The translations under genes were made by a program, and so were the position numbers. A stretch of DNA of 64,000 nt, taken from the IMG/VR virus record IMGVR_UViG_3300005826_000294, positions 62,001 through 126,000 of that record. One strand, written 5' to 3'. Below are positions 1 through 9,382 of the stretch, piece by piece. The notes beneath the pieces are model-generated. The model saw only the letters and a program-made list of their open reading frames with translations. It did not search any database and was not told the DNA's origin. Numbering within the stretch: the stretch's first letter is position 1; each line of letters starts with the position of its first letter.

Positions 1-206
1 ATAAGTTTTTTCATAAATTCTATATCTGAAGCATCTCCAATATAGAATTTATGATTTTTATTAAAATATATACGTTTTGTATCTTCTAATCGATTAATAT
101 TGTCGATACTAATTATCTCAAAATTTTTAGACCTATATACAATATAACGAATGAAATTCGCCATTAAAAACCCTGTAGATCCACATACTAAAATTTTTTT
201 TCTCAT
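1..206 (-). CDS. NAD-dependent epimerase/dehydratase, N-terminal fragment (runs off left edge; not in ORF track)
   Basis: Manual translation from ATG at 206: MRKKILVCGSTGFLMANFIRYIVYRSKNFEIISIDNINRLED...FYIGDASD, a Rossmann start resembling RmlB/GalE; AAGGA upstream. Confidence 0.75.
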   Translation of the reverse strand, partial: MRKKILVCGSTGFLMANFIRYIVYRSKNFEIISIDNINRLEDTKRIYFNKNHKFYIGDASDIEFMKKL

Positions 207-236
207 ATTAAAAAATTCCTTGGTTTTTTAGTACTT

Positions 237-1019
237 TTACTTTTTCCCCCATATAAAATGTTCTTCTTCTAATTTTTTTATTTTAAATGGAGGAGTGTTG
301 TTTATTACAATTGAATTTAAATTTCTTCTTTCTAAAGCATTTTGTAATGCCTTTTTAGCATTTAAATCTTGTTCTGTTCTTGATTTTGTTGAGACTTGAT
401 TACTATGTTGTCTATAATAATAAGTTATAGGATCTTTAATTCTATGTATTTTAAATTTTTCATCAATTTTAAGAGCCAAATCATAATCTACAGCAGAAGT
501 TAATTCATTAGAGTATCCACCAACATTTTTTATAACTGATTTTCTATAAAATCTCATAGGAAATAAACACATATATTTAAGAAGAACATTTGAATCATAT
601 TCTCCACTTTTTTCTACATGAGGCAAAACCCATTTTTTTTCATTATTAAAACATATAAAATTACCACAGCAGGCTCCTATATCAGGATGTTTGTCCATAT
701 AATTAACAAAAATTTCTAAACAATTAGTAGGAATTAAATCATCACTTCCAACATGACAAATATATTTATGATCATCTAATTTTTCAATACATTCATTTTT
801 AATTTGTCCTATTTTACCAGAATGTTTCTCTCTTCTATAAAAAGAAAACCTTGAATCTTTTATAGATTTAGTTTTTTCAAATGTTTTATCTTCTGAACAA
901 TCATCTATTAAAATATATTGAAAATTACTATAAGTTTGATTAATAATACTATTAATTGATTCATTTATATATTTTTCAACATTATGTGCTGGAACATAAA
1001 TACCTACTGAATTTAACAT
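237..1019 (-). CDS. GT2-family glycosyltransferase
   Basis: YVPAHNVEKYINESINSIINQTYSNFQYILIDDCSED N-terminus; GSDD (DxD-like); DYDLALKI. Confidence 0.9.
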   Translation of the reverse strand: MLNSVGIYVPAHNVEKYINESINSIINQTYSNFQYILIDDCSEDKTFEKTKSIKDSRFSFYRREKHSGKIGQIKNECIEKLDDHKYICHVGSDDLIPTNCLEIFVNYMDKHPDIGACCGNFICFNNEKKWVLPHVEKSGEYDSNVLLKYMCLFPMRFYRKSVIKNVGGYSNELTSAVDYDLALKIDEKFKIHRIKDPITYYYRQHSNQVSTKSRTEQDLNAKKALQNALERRNLNSIVINNTPPFKIKKLEEEHFIWGKK

Positions 1020-1354
1020 TTTTTCCTCTTAAATAATGGATATTTACATAAATCTAAAGTTCCATTTATGTTTAGAAACCAAACATCAGCATTAAGTCGT
1101 TTATCAATTACACCACTATAACCTGTATAACCATCATCATGCTTTATTGAAACTTGAATATATTTTTTATTAGAATATTTATCTTTATATTCTATAAAAC
1201 TTGCAACAACAGGATTTTTATTATTTAATTGATCTATAGAATTCCATTTATTTCCATTAACCAAATTATTATTTATCCATTTAACTGCTACCTTATTATA
1301 CGAAAGTTTGTCTCCAATTTCAACAAAAAATCTGCTAGAATTGAGAATTTTCAT
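1013..1354 (-). CDS. hypothetical protein
   Basis: Open frame; likely start is ATG at 1354 (AGAGG upstream, TAATG overlap with the upstream gene's stop) rather than 1396. Confidence 0.6.
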   Translation of the reverse strand: MKILNSSRFFVEIGDKLSYNKVAVKWINNNLVNGNKWNSIDQLNNKNPVVASFIEYKDKYSNKKYIQVSIKHDDGYTGYSGVIDKRLNADVWFLNINGTLDLCKYPLFKRKKC

Positions 1355-2301
1355 TAAAAAACCTCTTTGTATGCTTTTTTCATTATACTTTCCCATTTAA
1401 ACATATTAACAGATTTAAGACTATTCTTTATTATATTCTCTCTTTCAGTATCATGATTTAAATAATATTTAATTAAATCAACACAATCACATAAAGAATA
1501 AAACCATACAATATCTTTATGATTTGTAAAATAATTTTCAAGTTTAGGAATGTATTTTGTAATCATTAAATTTCCTGAAGCCATTCCTTCAATCATTCTA
1601 ATAGACCAATAATGTTCTATATTATTGAAATGATTAATATTTAATATTATTTTTGATTTATTATAAAAATCATTAATTTTAGGAAGACTAAAAAATCCTA
1701 AAATATTTTCTTTTGGGATGAATTTATCCCATCCATTTCCTAAAATCTTAATGTTAAAATGTTTTATTAAATAAGATATTATTCCAACTCTCTCAATTGT
1801 TCCGGGGAAACCACTATTTTTATAAACATTTCCAGCAAATACAATATCATATTCTTTATTAATGTTTTTTTTAAAAAATAATAAATCACTAAATCCTTCT
1901 TGTAATATTTTACAATTTAACCCATTTTTTTGATACTCATGTTTTCTTCCTTTTTGAAAGCAAACATCAACATATTTCCCAGCACTAATTGTATATTTAT
2001 CTAATTCATTTCTCATATCAACAGACATAAGAGATATTTTTATATTAGGATGTCTTTCTTTGACTACTTTAAAAAAATCAGGCAAAATAATTGGATTATA
2101 TTGATATTGACAAAAAATCCAGTCTGGTATATGTTCATCAATGAGTTGTAAAATTTGATAATGACCTTCTTTTTGTCCATATTTTCTTATAAATGATCTA
2201 TAACCAAAATAACCTGTTTCTATATCCATATTATTAAGACCATTAACCATTGATATCCCATTTTCTATATATTCAGTTGCTCCAATTATAAAAGTTTTCA
2301 T
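1354..2301 (-). CDS. CgeB-like GT-B glycosyltransferase (Glyco_trans_1_2 type)
   Basis: YDIVFAG...SKIILNINHFNNIEHYWSIRMIEGMASGNLMIT...LENYF; start at 2301 from ATGA overlap. Confidence 0.8.
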   Translation of the reverse strand: MKTFIIGATEYIENGISMVNGLNNMDIETGYFGYRSFIRKYGQKEGHYQILQLIDEHIPDWIFCQYQYNPIILPDFFKVVKERHPNIKISLMSVDMRNELDKYTISAGKYVDVCFQKGRKHEYQKNGLNCKILQEGFSDLLFFKKNINKEYDIVFAGNVYKNSGFPGTIERVGIISYLIKHFNIKILGNGWDKFIPKENILGFFSLPKINDFYNKSKIILNINHFNNIEHYWSIRMIEGMASGNLMITKYIPKLENYFTNHKDIVWFYSLCDCVDLIKYYLNHDTERENIIKNSLKSVNMFKWESIMKKAYKEVF

Positions 2302-3002
2302 AAATCTTTCCATTTTGTTATAATACAATTATGAGGATTTGTTTTTTCTATATTTTTATATTCTCCAATTAAAATAATATTACATCCACAACATAACGCA
2401 AAATCAACCAATCCACTCGGAGGAGATATTAAAAATTCAGAATTATTAAATACATTAATTTGCTCACTAATGTTATTTGTAAATTTAATATTTAAATCAA
2501 ATCTTTCTTTATAAAATCCATGTCCTATTATCTCTTTATTTTGATAGTTGGATTTAATCCATTTAATATGTTCTTTCATTTCAATGTTTTTTTTTGGTCT
2601 TATTGAACGTTTTCGCGGAAATATTGAGATATATCTTTTTACTTTATTTTGTTTTCCAAAAATAAGTTTTTTATTTAGAATATTAAAAACTTTATGAGTA
2701 TCATCATAAAAAAATTTATAATTAGGATCAATAGAAAAAAAGTGTTTAAACCCTTCTGTTTCAAGAAATTTTGTTGTTTCAACATGTCTAAAATGAGTAC
2801 AATCTCTATATTTTTCTTCTAGACTATATTTAACTATATTTTCTATATTTATCGTATCATATCTATTAGGCCATAATAAATTTATTAAATAACATACTGA
2901 TGGCCAAGTAACTAAACTAATATCAACAGTATTAATTTCAAGAAATGGAAGGAGTTGTCTAAAAATATATCCAAATTCTCCAAGAAAATAAAGTTTTTCC
3001 AT
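2298..3002 (-). CDS. putative GT-B glycosyltransferase (weak GT9-like), paralog of 7224-7928
   Basis: KLYFLGEFGYIFRQLLPFLE matches KLYFIGEYGFGFRQLFPFLE; C-terminal QINVFNNSEFLISPPSGLVDFALCCGCNIILI resembles the GT9 C-terminal lobe. Confidence 0.5.
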   Translation of the reverse strand: MEKLYFLGEFGYIFRQLLPFLEINTVDISLVTWPSVCYLINLLWPNRYDTINIENIVKYSLEEKYRDCTHFRHVETTKFLETEGFKHFFSIDPNYKFFYDDTHKVFNILNKKLIFGKQNKVKRYISIFPRKRSIRPKKNIEMKEHIKWIKSNYQNKEIIGHGFYKERFDLNIKFTNNISEQINVFNNSEFLISPPSGLVDFALCCGCNIILIGEYKNIEKTNPHNCIITKWKDL

Positions 3003-3070
3003 TATGGTTTATCGCAAATACTATAAAGTTTTTTAACTTTAGCAAAACCTATAAGAAGTTTTTCACGCAT
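3002..3070 (-). CDS. 22-aa small ORF (not in ORF track)
   Basis: AAGGAG 5 nt before ATG at 3070; MREKLLIGFAKVKKLYSICDKP*; TAA overlaps the next ATG (TAATG at 3000-3004). Confidence 0.55.
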   Translation of the reverse strand: MREKLLIGFAKVKKLYSICDKP

Positions 3071-3111
3071 AAAAAGCTCCTTATTTGCCAAGAATTTATT
3101 TTTTATTTTAT

Positions 3112-3795
3112 TCATTTTTTTATAACATATGCTGTTGGACAAACATAATCTAAAGATTTAACCAACACTCCTTTATTTTTAAAAAATTCATCAACACCAA
3201 TACTTTCTGACCACTTATGATAAGCATATTCATCAAATATTACAATACCACCTATAGAAACCCTATTCCAAAAAGATCTTAAAGCATAATATGTAGGATC
3301 ACAAAGATCAAAATCCATATAAAGTAAAGATATTTTAAATCCAGGGTTTTTTAAGATATATTCTGGAGCAGTATTTTTTATATCTCCTTTAATTAGTTCA
3401 AAATCTCTATCAACAAACCCAGCATTCAATATTTTCTCTCTAACATCATTTAATGAATGGGCATTATGTTTAATATTACGACTACTAAACAAATTTTTCA
3501 TTTCCTCTGCATCTCGACCACTTATTGTATTTAATAACTTATCTGTTTCAAAAAAATCAAAACCTATAACTCTTTTTATAGAATTTGAAAAAAAGATTTT
3601 TTTTAATTTAAGAAAAGTGACCATTCCAGAGCCTATAAAAACTCCACATTCTACAATATCTCCTGGTATTTGTTTTGTTTTATCAACAAAAAGAGATCTA
3701 GCAACTAATTTTCCTAATACTTTTGTTTCATCTGTGAAAATAAAATCATTAAAAGAATTGTATGTCTCTTTTAAAGTATTATCAAAAATATCCAT
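3112..3795 (-). CDS. TylF/MycF-family sugar O-methyltransferase
   Basis: IPGDIVECGVFIGSG, GFDFF, LIKGDI..T, ISLLYMDFDLCDPT, GGIVIFDEY. Confidence 0.88.
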   Translation of the reverse strand: MDIFDNTLKETYNSFNDFIFTDETKVLGKLVARSLFVDKTKQIPGDIVECGVFIGSGMVTFLKLKKIFFSNSIKRVIGFDFFETDKLLNTISGRDAEEMKNLFSSRNIKHNAHSLNDVREKILNAGFVDRDFELIKGDIKNTAPEYILKNPGFKISLLYMDFDLCDPTYYALRSFWNRVSIGGIVIFDEYAYHKWSESIGVDEFFKNKGVLVKSLDYVCPTAYVIKK

Positions 3796-3797
3796 AA

Positions 3798-5150
3798 TTA
3801 TTTTCCATATTTATTAATCCATTTCTGTAAAAGCAAAGATCCAAGAAGATAAGAATAAGCAACAGATAAAACATTACTTTTAACATATTCTGTAACAGAA
3901 AGCCATATAATAGAAAGAAGAAAATCAATTTTTCTACCATATGATTTTATATTCTCAACTTCAAAACCATTACTACTTATAGGTAATAAGCATCCTCTAT
4001 TTAATAAATGCCAATTAGTTTTAGAGTAATATATTTTTGCTATATCATAATCAGCATCACCATATAAAAGAGAATTACCAAATATTCCTCTAGGATCTAT
4101 TACATAAGGAATATTATTTTCCCATAAAACATTTGATGAAGTAAGATCTCCATGTATTGGAACAAAACGATTAGGAACCATCTCCTCTATATTAATCTTA
4201 TTTAGATTAATTAATGGATTTAAACATTCTGTTTTATTTACTATAAATTTCTCACCAAAATTAGTTAAAAAACTAATTTTATTTAATCTTGAAATTGTCT
4301 TATCAATATACATATATTTACAATCTTCTAAAGAACTTGGAATAGAAGGTTTAAATATATGTATAAGATTAGCAATATAATACAAAGGTTTAATTTTATA
4401 AAACTTCTTAACACCATTTATTTTTTTCATTGTTAAAGGGTTATATGAAATTATATTTGGTATAAAACAAAAACCATTCATATTTTTATACCAATTCTCT
4501 TCTGAATTACGTAATTTTATATTCTTACACTCTTTAATTACAATATTATCTTTAATTGTAATAGTATTAAATGATCTTATAGGGTTTTTACAAGAAATTA
4601 ATTTTTTATTATATTTTTTAGTATCTCCAATATCAATAGCAGGAATAACAACTTCTTCAAAATCTTTAATATTAATAGCATCTAATAATGTTATTTCTCT
4701 ATTTAAATTAGGTAAAACTTTTGGATAAGTAATTTCATTTTTATTCCAAAGAAAAACACCATAAATTCCACCATTTTTTCCATTAAATGAGCATAAAATA
4801 TTAGGACTACTAAAAAAAATATTTTTATTGGTTGTGGGTTTTTCTAAAGGTAAAACATCACACCAATTAAGAATAACTCTGTTATTTTTAGATCTTAACA
4901 ATCCTGATTGTACAGCATATCCAGATCCTTTTCTATTTTCAACAACATATATATATTTATTTTCAGTATATTGTTTAACAATATTTAATATATTATCTCT
5001 AACAACTATAATTACTTCATCAGCATTCCAAAATTCTATAATATGATTAATAATTGCTTTATTATATAAAGGTAATAATAACTTTGGATATATAAATTTC
5101 TTTAATCTTAAACCTAATCCAGCAGATGGAATTATAAGAGAAGTTTTCAT
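3798..5150 (-). CDS. sugar-phosphate nucleotidyltransferase fused to an APH/choline-kinase-like phosphotransferase
   Basis: N-terminal LIIPSAGLGLRL...PKLLLPL; C-terminal HGDLTSSNVL and VIDPRG kinase motifs. Confidence 0.8.
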   Translation of the reverse strand: MKTSLIIPSAGLGLRLKKFIYPKLLLPLYNKAIINHIIEFWNADEVIIVVRDNILNIVKQYTENKYIYVVENRKGSGYAVQSGLLRSKNNRVILNWCDVLPLEKPTTNKNIFFSSPNILCSFNGKNGGIYGVFLWNKNEITYPKVLPNLNREITLLDAINIKDFEEVVIPAIDIGDTKKYNKKLISCKNPIRSFNTITIKDNIVIKECKNIKLRNSEENWYKNMNGFCFIPNIISYNPLTMKKINGVKKFYKIKPLYYIANLIHIFKPSIPSSLEDCKYMYIDKTISRLNKISFLTNFGEKFIVNKTECLNPLINLNKINIEEMVPNRFVPIHGDLTSSNVLWENNIPYVIDPRGIFGNSLLYGDADYDIAKIYYSKTNWHLLNRGCLLPISSNGFEVENIKSYGRKIDFLLSIIWLSVTEYVKSNVLSVAYSYLLGSLLLQKWINKYGK

Positions 5151-6094
5151 ATATTTTTTCCTATAGTTCCACCAGAATGGTTTAATAAATAATCTTCACG
5201 GTTACATCTATAACTATATGTAATTACTTTTAAAATTGAAAAATAAGTTTTTAAATATTCTTGTATTGTAATTTGTGGACTAAAACCAAGAAACGAATTT
5301 TCAATAATATTATCTATAACTAATATATTTTTAAAATAAGGAATAGCTTTAGCATTTGAATTAGAAGTTATTAAAAAGGTATTTAATTTATTAAACTTTT
5401 TATATAATGATTTCATCATATTTATTAATTCTTCAGTATCTCCAGATTTGGAAGAAGCAATAACAATATCATTTATATTAATTAGTCCTAAACTTCCATG
5501 AGAACTATGATTAGCATCTAAAGGAACAGCAACAATATTATAAGGAAGAAAAAATTCACTAACCAATTGAGCCAAAGAAAAATTCTTACCAACCCCAGTA
5601 ATTACTATTTTTCCAGAAATAGAATCTCTTATTTTTTTAGCAAAACTTAATATATTTTCTTTTCTTATCCAATTTAATATATGAGGAAAAACATTTTTTC
5701 CAGCTAATGTGGGCAATATAAAATCAGAATTATTTTTTGCTTGTGGTGTTGAATCATTTAAACAAAGATTTATTAAAGCATTAGGTTCATTAATTCCATC
5801 TCCAACATATACACAAGGCATATTTTCATCTATAAGTTTTTGTCTTTCTTCAACTTTACTAAAAATATAGTTAATTCCCATTTCTTTACATCTTATTTCA
5901 TTAATTTTAGATCCAGAAGATGTATTATCTGCAGAACATAATATTATTTCATTAAAATATTTCTTTAGAATAGGAATTGAAGGCCGATCATTACTACTAA
6001 AAGATTTTACTATTTTTCCATCAATTGAATAAAAATGCTCACCAGATGTTATTATTCCATCTATATCACAGATTAATTTCATTATTTTCTCCAC
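5147..6094 (-). CDS. KdsC-like HAD phosphatase fused to KdsD/GutQ-like SIS sugar-phosphate isomerase
   Basis: CDIDGIITSG and YVGDGINE (HAD); KIVITGVGK...HGSLG...SSKSGDTEE (SIS); no CBS domains. Confidence 0.8.
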   Translation of the reverse strand: MEKIMKLICDIDGIITSGEHFYSIDGKIVKSFSSNDRPSIPILKKYFNEIILCSADNTSSGSKINEIRCKEMGINYIFSKVEERQKLIDENMPCVYVGDGINEPNALINLCLNDSTPQAKNNSDFILPTLAGKNVFPHILNWIRKENILSFAKKIRDSISGKIVITGVGKNFSLAQLVSEFFLPYNIVAVPLDANHSSHGSLGLININDIVIASSKSGDTEELINMMKSLYKKFNKLNTFLITSNSNAKAIPYFKNILVIDNIIENSFLGFSPQITIQEYLKTYFSILKVITYSYRCNREDYLLNHSGGTIGKNI

Positions 6095-7227
6095 TTAATG
6101 TTTGGAACTATAATAGAACTATCTATTTTACTTTTAAATGGAATTAGATCTTTAAACATACTTTTTAGTTCTTCTAACATATCAGATGTAGGTTTATAAC
6201 CTAAATTTAAAAGAATATTATGATCAACATTATACTCATGATCTTCCTTTTCAATTCTTGGATTTTCTATATTTGAGATTGTTGTTTCAATTCCAAATTC
6301 TTTTGCTACAATAGAAACATTTTTAGCAAGTTCAGATAGATCATAAATCTCTTCAAATTGATTAATAATCCTATATTTACCATTTTTTGGAGGATTATCA
6401 ATAATAATAGAAATACATTGTATTGAATCTCTTAAAGGAAGAAATCCTCTTTTTTGATGACCTTTTCCAAATAAAGTAATAGGAAATCCTTTAATAGCTT
6501 GAACAACAAAACGATTAATTGCAGTACCAAAAATACCATCATAATCAAATCTTGTTTTAAATTCACTAAATTCTATGTCACCTATATTAGTACCATAAAC
6601 AACACCCTGCATAATATCAGTACAAGTTATTCCCCAAATACGATTAGCAAAATCTATATTTATACTATCATGAACTTTTGTAGCATGATAGAAACTTCCA
6701 GGAAGTCTAGGAAACATCACCCTATCTTTTTTATTTTTATATTCTATCTCAAAGAAACCTTCTGCGATAGGAATATTAGGAGTTCCAAATTCGCCCATTG
6801 AACCAAGCTTAATTAAATGAATTTCTGGACAAACTTCATAAATAGCATAAAGAAGTGATAAATTGCCAATAACATTATTAAAATGAGTAAAAGAAGCATG
6901 CTTAAAATCAATCATAGAATATGGTGCAGATGGAATTTGACCTAAATTTACTATAACATCAGGCTTAAATTTTATTAAAGCAGATTTGAGAAAATTAAAA
7001 TTAGTCATATCAAATTTTAATATTTCTATTTCTCCAATAAATCTGCGAAAAACTTTTTGTCTTTTTGATATAGAAGATATTGGAATTAAAGAATTTCCTC
7101 CAAATTTTTTTACAAATTTTCTTCTGCTTAAATTATCTATTCCAAATATCTTATGTCCTTTACACCCTAAAAATTGAGCTAAAGGCCATCCTAAATATCC
7201 ATCAATTCCACAAATTAAAACTCTCAC
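6082..7227 (-). CDS. sqdB: UDP-sulfoquinovose synthase
   Basis: GIDGYLGWP, GIDNLSRR, LIKLGSMGEFGTP, PGSFYHATKVHDS, TDIMQGVVYG, RFDYDGIFGTAINRF, QKRGFLPLRDSIQC; GTG start at 7227 (GTGA overlap). Confidence 0.9.
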   Translation of the reverse strand: MRVLICGIDGYLGWPLAQFLGCKGHKIFGIDNLSRRKFVKKFGGNSLIPISSISKRQKVFRRFIGEIEILKFDMTNFNFLKSALIKFKPDVIVNLGQIPSAPYSMIDFKHASFTHFNNVIGNLSLLYAIYEVCPEIHLIKLGSMGEFGTPNIPIAEGFFEIEYKNKKDRVMFPRLPGSFYHATKVHDSINIDFANRIWGITCTDIMQGVVYGTNIGDIEFSEFKTRFDYDGIFGTAINRFVVQAIKGFPITLFGKGHQKRGFLPLRDSIQCISIIIDNPPKNGKYRIINQFEEIYDLSELAKNVSIVAKEFGIETTISNIENPRIEKEDHEYNVDHNILLNLGYKPTSDMLEELKSMFKDLIPFKSKIDSSIIVPNIKWRK

Positions 7228-7928
7228 AAATTCTCCCATCTATCTATTTTACAACTATGATAATTTACCTTATCTAAAGTTTCATATTCATCAGTTAATA
7301 TAATATTACATCCACACATTAAACCTAAATCAGCCATTCCACTAGCAGGAGTTATAAATACCTCGGAATTATTTAATACATTTATTTGATGATAAATATC
7401 ACGACAAAAATCAATATTTAAATTAAATCTTTCATTTTCTAAACCATGACCCATAATTTTTTTATTTGGAAATTTATATTTAAGCCATTTTATATGATCC
7501 CTGCCTGTTATATTTTTATTAGGTTGAATTTTACGATTTCGTGGAAAAATGGAAACAAATTTTTTTTCTTCAAATTGCTCACCATACATTAATTTTGGTT
7601 TAACTAAATTATATACTTTTCTAACATTATCATAAAAAAATCTATTATTTTTATCAAAATTAAAACAATGAGAAAATCCCATTTCTATAAATTTTTTATT
7701 TATATTATCATCTCTATAATGATTACAATCTCTAAGACTTTCATTAATATTATTAATAAATAATTCTACAGAGATCATATTAAATCTTCCAGGCCATAAT
7801 ATATGTAAAATTCTAACTAGTGAATCCCAAGTTAGAATTTCAAGAGGCTTGTTATATTGTTCTAAAAATGGAAATAATTGCCTAAATCCAAAACCATATT
7901 CCCCAATAAAATATAACTTATCTACCAT
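7224..7928 (-). CDS. putative GT-B glycosyltransferase (weak GT9-like), paralog of 2298-3002
   Basis: Co-linear similarity to 2298-3002 (FVSIFPRNRKIQPNKN vs YISIFPRKRSIRPKKN; FITPASGMADLGLMCGCNIIL). Confidence 0.5.
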   Translation of the reverse strand: MVDKLYFIGEYGFGFRQLFPFLEQYNKPLEILTWDSLVRILHILWPGRFNMISVELFINNINESLRDCNHYRDDNINKKFIEMGFSHCFNFDKNNRFFYDNVRKVYNLVKPKLMYGEQFEEKKFVSIFPRNRKIQPNKNITGRDHIKWLKYKFPNKKIMGHGLENERFNLNIDFCRDIYHQINVLNNSEVFITPASGMADLGLMCGCNIILTDEYETLDKVNYHSCKIDRWENL

Positions 7929-9319
7929 TCTTTAAAACCAAGACGAACAGATAATTCTCTTACTCTACAAAAATAACTATGGTTTTTATTTACTATTTTT
8001 GATCCTTGTTTTCCTATTTCCTCTCGTTTTTCATTATTGTTCAAATAATATTCAAGTAAATCATAACATTCTTTTTCATCTTTAAACCAAACAAGATCTT
8101 TACCATTTTCAAAATATTCTTCCATTCCAGGAATATACGAACTTAATGTTAATGTCCCACAGGCCATTGCTATTAATTGGCGTTTAGAAAAATATTTATA
8201 TACATTATTAAAATTATTAATACTTATAATTATTTTTGAAGCATTATAAACTTCATTTTGTTTTAAATATGAAATGTAATTACTTGGACGATCCCGCCAT
8301 TTTCCATATAATTTAAACCTATCTCCATATTTTATTTGAAGATGATTAATAACTTTTTTTCTAAGATTAGTCCCAGGAAAATTATGAGAAATATTATTAG
8401 CACAAAAAACAATATCATGTTTATATTTCTTATATAATTTATTTCTTATTTCATCAGGCATTCTATAAAAAGCATTAACATTAACCCCAACTTGCCAATA
8501 ATCAACATTTAAACTCCCAGCTTTTCTATACATTTCAAGTTGTCCCTCACTAGAAATAAGTGCTTTATGTATATGTTTTGATATATTAACAAAATAAGGA
8601 ACAGCATACTCTCTAATATCTATTGTATTATTTGTTATTATTGTATTAGGTAAATTTTCTCTAATCTGTAAAATAGTTGTTGGATCAACAGTTTTATCAA
8701 AAAATTGTAACTGCATATGTATCCAATCTGGTTTAAATAATAATGCCTCAGATTTTATAAAATTTTGGAGTTTTTCTTTTCCAAAACAATCCATATATTT
8801 ATTAAAACAAATAGCTTTTACACTGAATCCATTATCTACAAAAGCTTTAGTAAGAGCCATTTGATTTATCTCTTTTGTAGTATACCTTAAAAACAAAACT
8901 TTTAGAGATCCATTTTTATAATCTTCAATAAAACTATGTGATTTTATAGGTATTTTTGAATTATTAATTATTACTTTTCTTATAAAAACAGATCCTGTTC
9001 CCTCTTTTCCTCGCCAAATCCTTAATTTTATTGGAATATCTTTAGAAAAATCTTCAGTTATAATATTTACATCAAATTTTTTCCAATTATTTTCACACAC
9101 CAATTTTGAATGAGGAAAATCATAATATTTATTCCCATAAAAATTACAAAATATTACACCATTACCACCCTTACAATAAATTTCTAATGTTAATCTATAT
9201 ATAGTATTTGGAATAACATTAATGGGAAAATATAATAATGATGTATTATTTATCATTAAAACTTCTTTATTCTTTAATGAAAAAAGACGACCTTTCCACA
9301 TAGAGCTAGAAATTTCCAT
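7922..9319 (-). CDS. CgeB-like glycosyltransferase with an extra N-terminal beta-rich domain
   Basis: C-terminal HDIVFCAN...SKIIISINNFNNVYKYFSKRQLIAMACG; first ~120 aa are similar to the N-terminus of 29847-31358. Confidence 0.8.
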   Translation of the reverse strand: MEISSSMWKGRLFSLKNKEVLMINNTSLLYFPINVIPNTIYRLTLEIYCKGGNGVIFCNFYGNKYYDFPHSKLVCENNWKKFDVNIITEDFSKDIPIKLRIWRGKEGTGSVFIRKVIINNSKIPIKSHSFIEDYKNGSLKVLFLRYTTKEINQMALTKAFVDNGFSVKAICFNKYMDCFGKEKLQNFIKSEALLFKPDWIHMQLQFFDKTVDPTTILQIRENLPNTIITNNTIDIREYAVPYFVNISKHIHKALISSEGQLEMYRKAGSLNVDYWQVGVNVNAFYRMPDEIRNKLYKKYKHDIVFCANNISHNFPGTNLRKKVINHLQIKYGDRFKLYGKWRDRPSNYISYLKQNEVYNASKIIISINNFNNVYKYFSKRQLIAMACGTLTLSSYIPGMEEYFENGKDLVWFKDEKECYDLLEYYLNNNEKREEIGKQGSKIVNKNHSYFCRVRELSVRLGFKEW

Positions 9320-9382
9320 TAGTTATTTCTTATCCTTATATTGTTATACGAAATTTCATATATATAAAATTCAACAAAAAAA

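Noticed and set aside
5147-6094. Kdo (LPS core) biosynthesis
   Set aside because: KdsC- and KdsD-like domains are present, but no KdsA or KdsB is recognisable in the window
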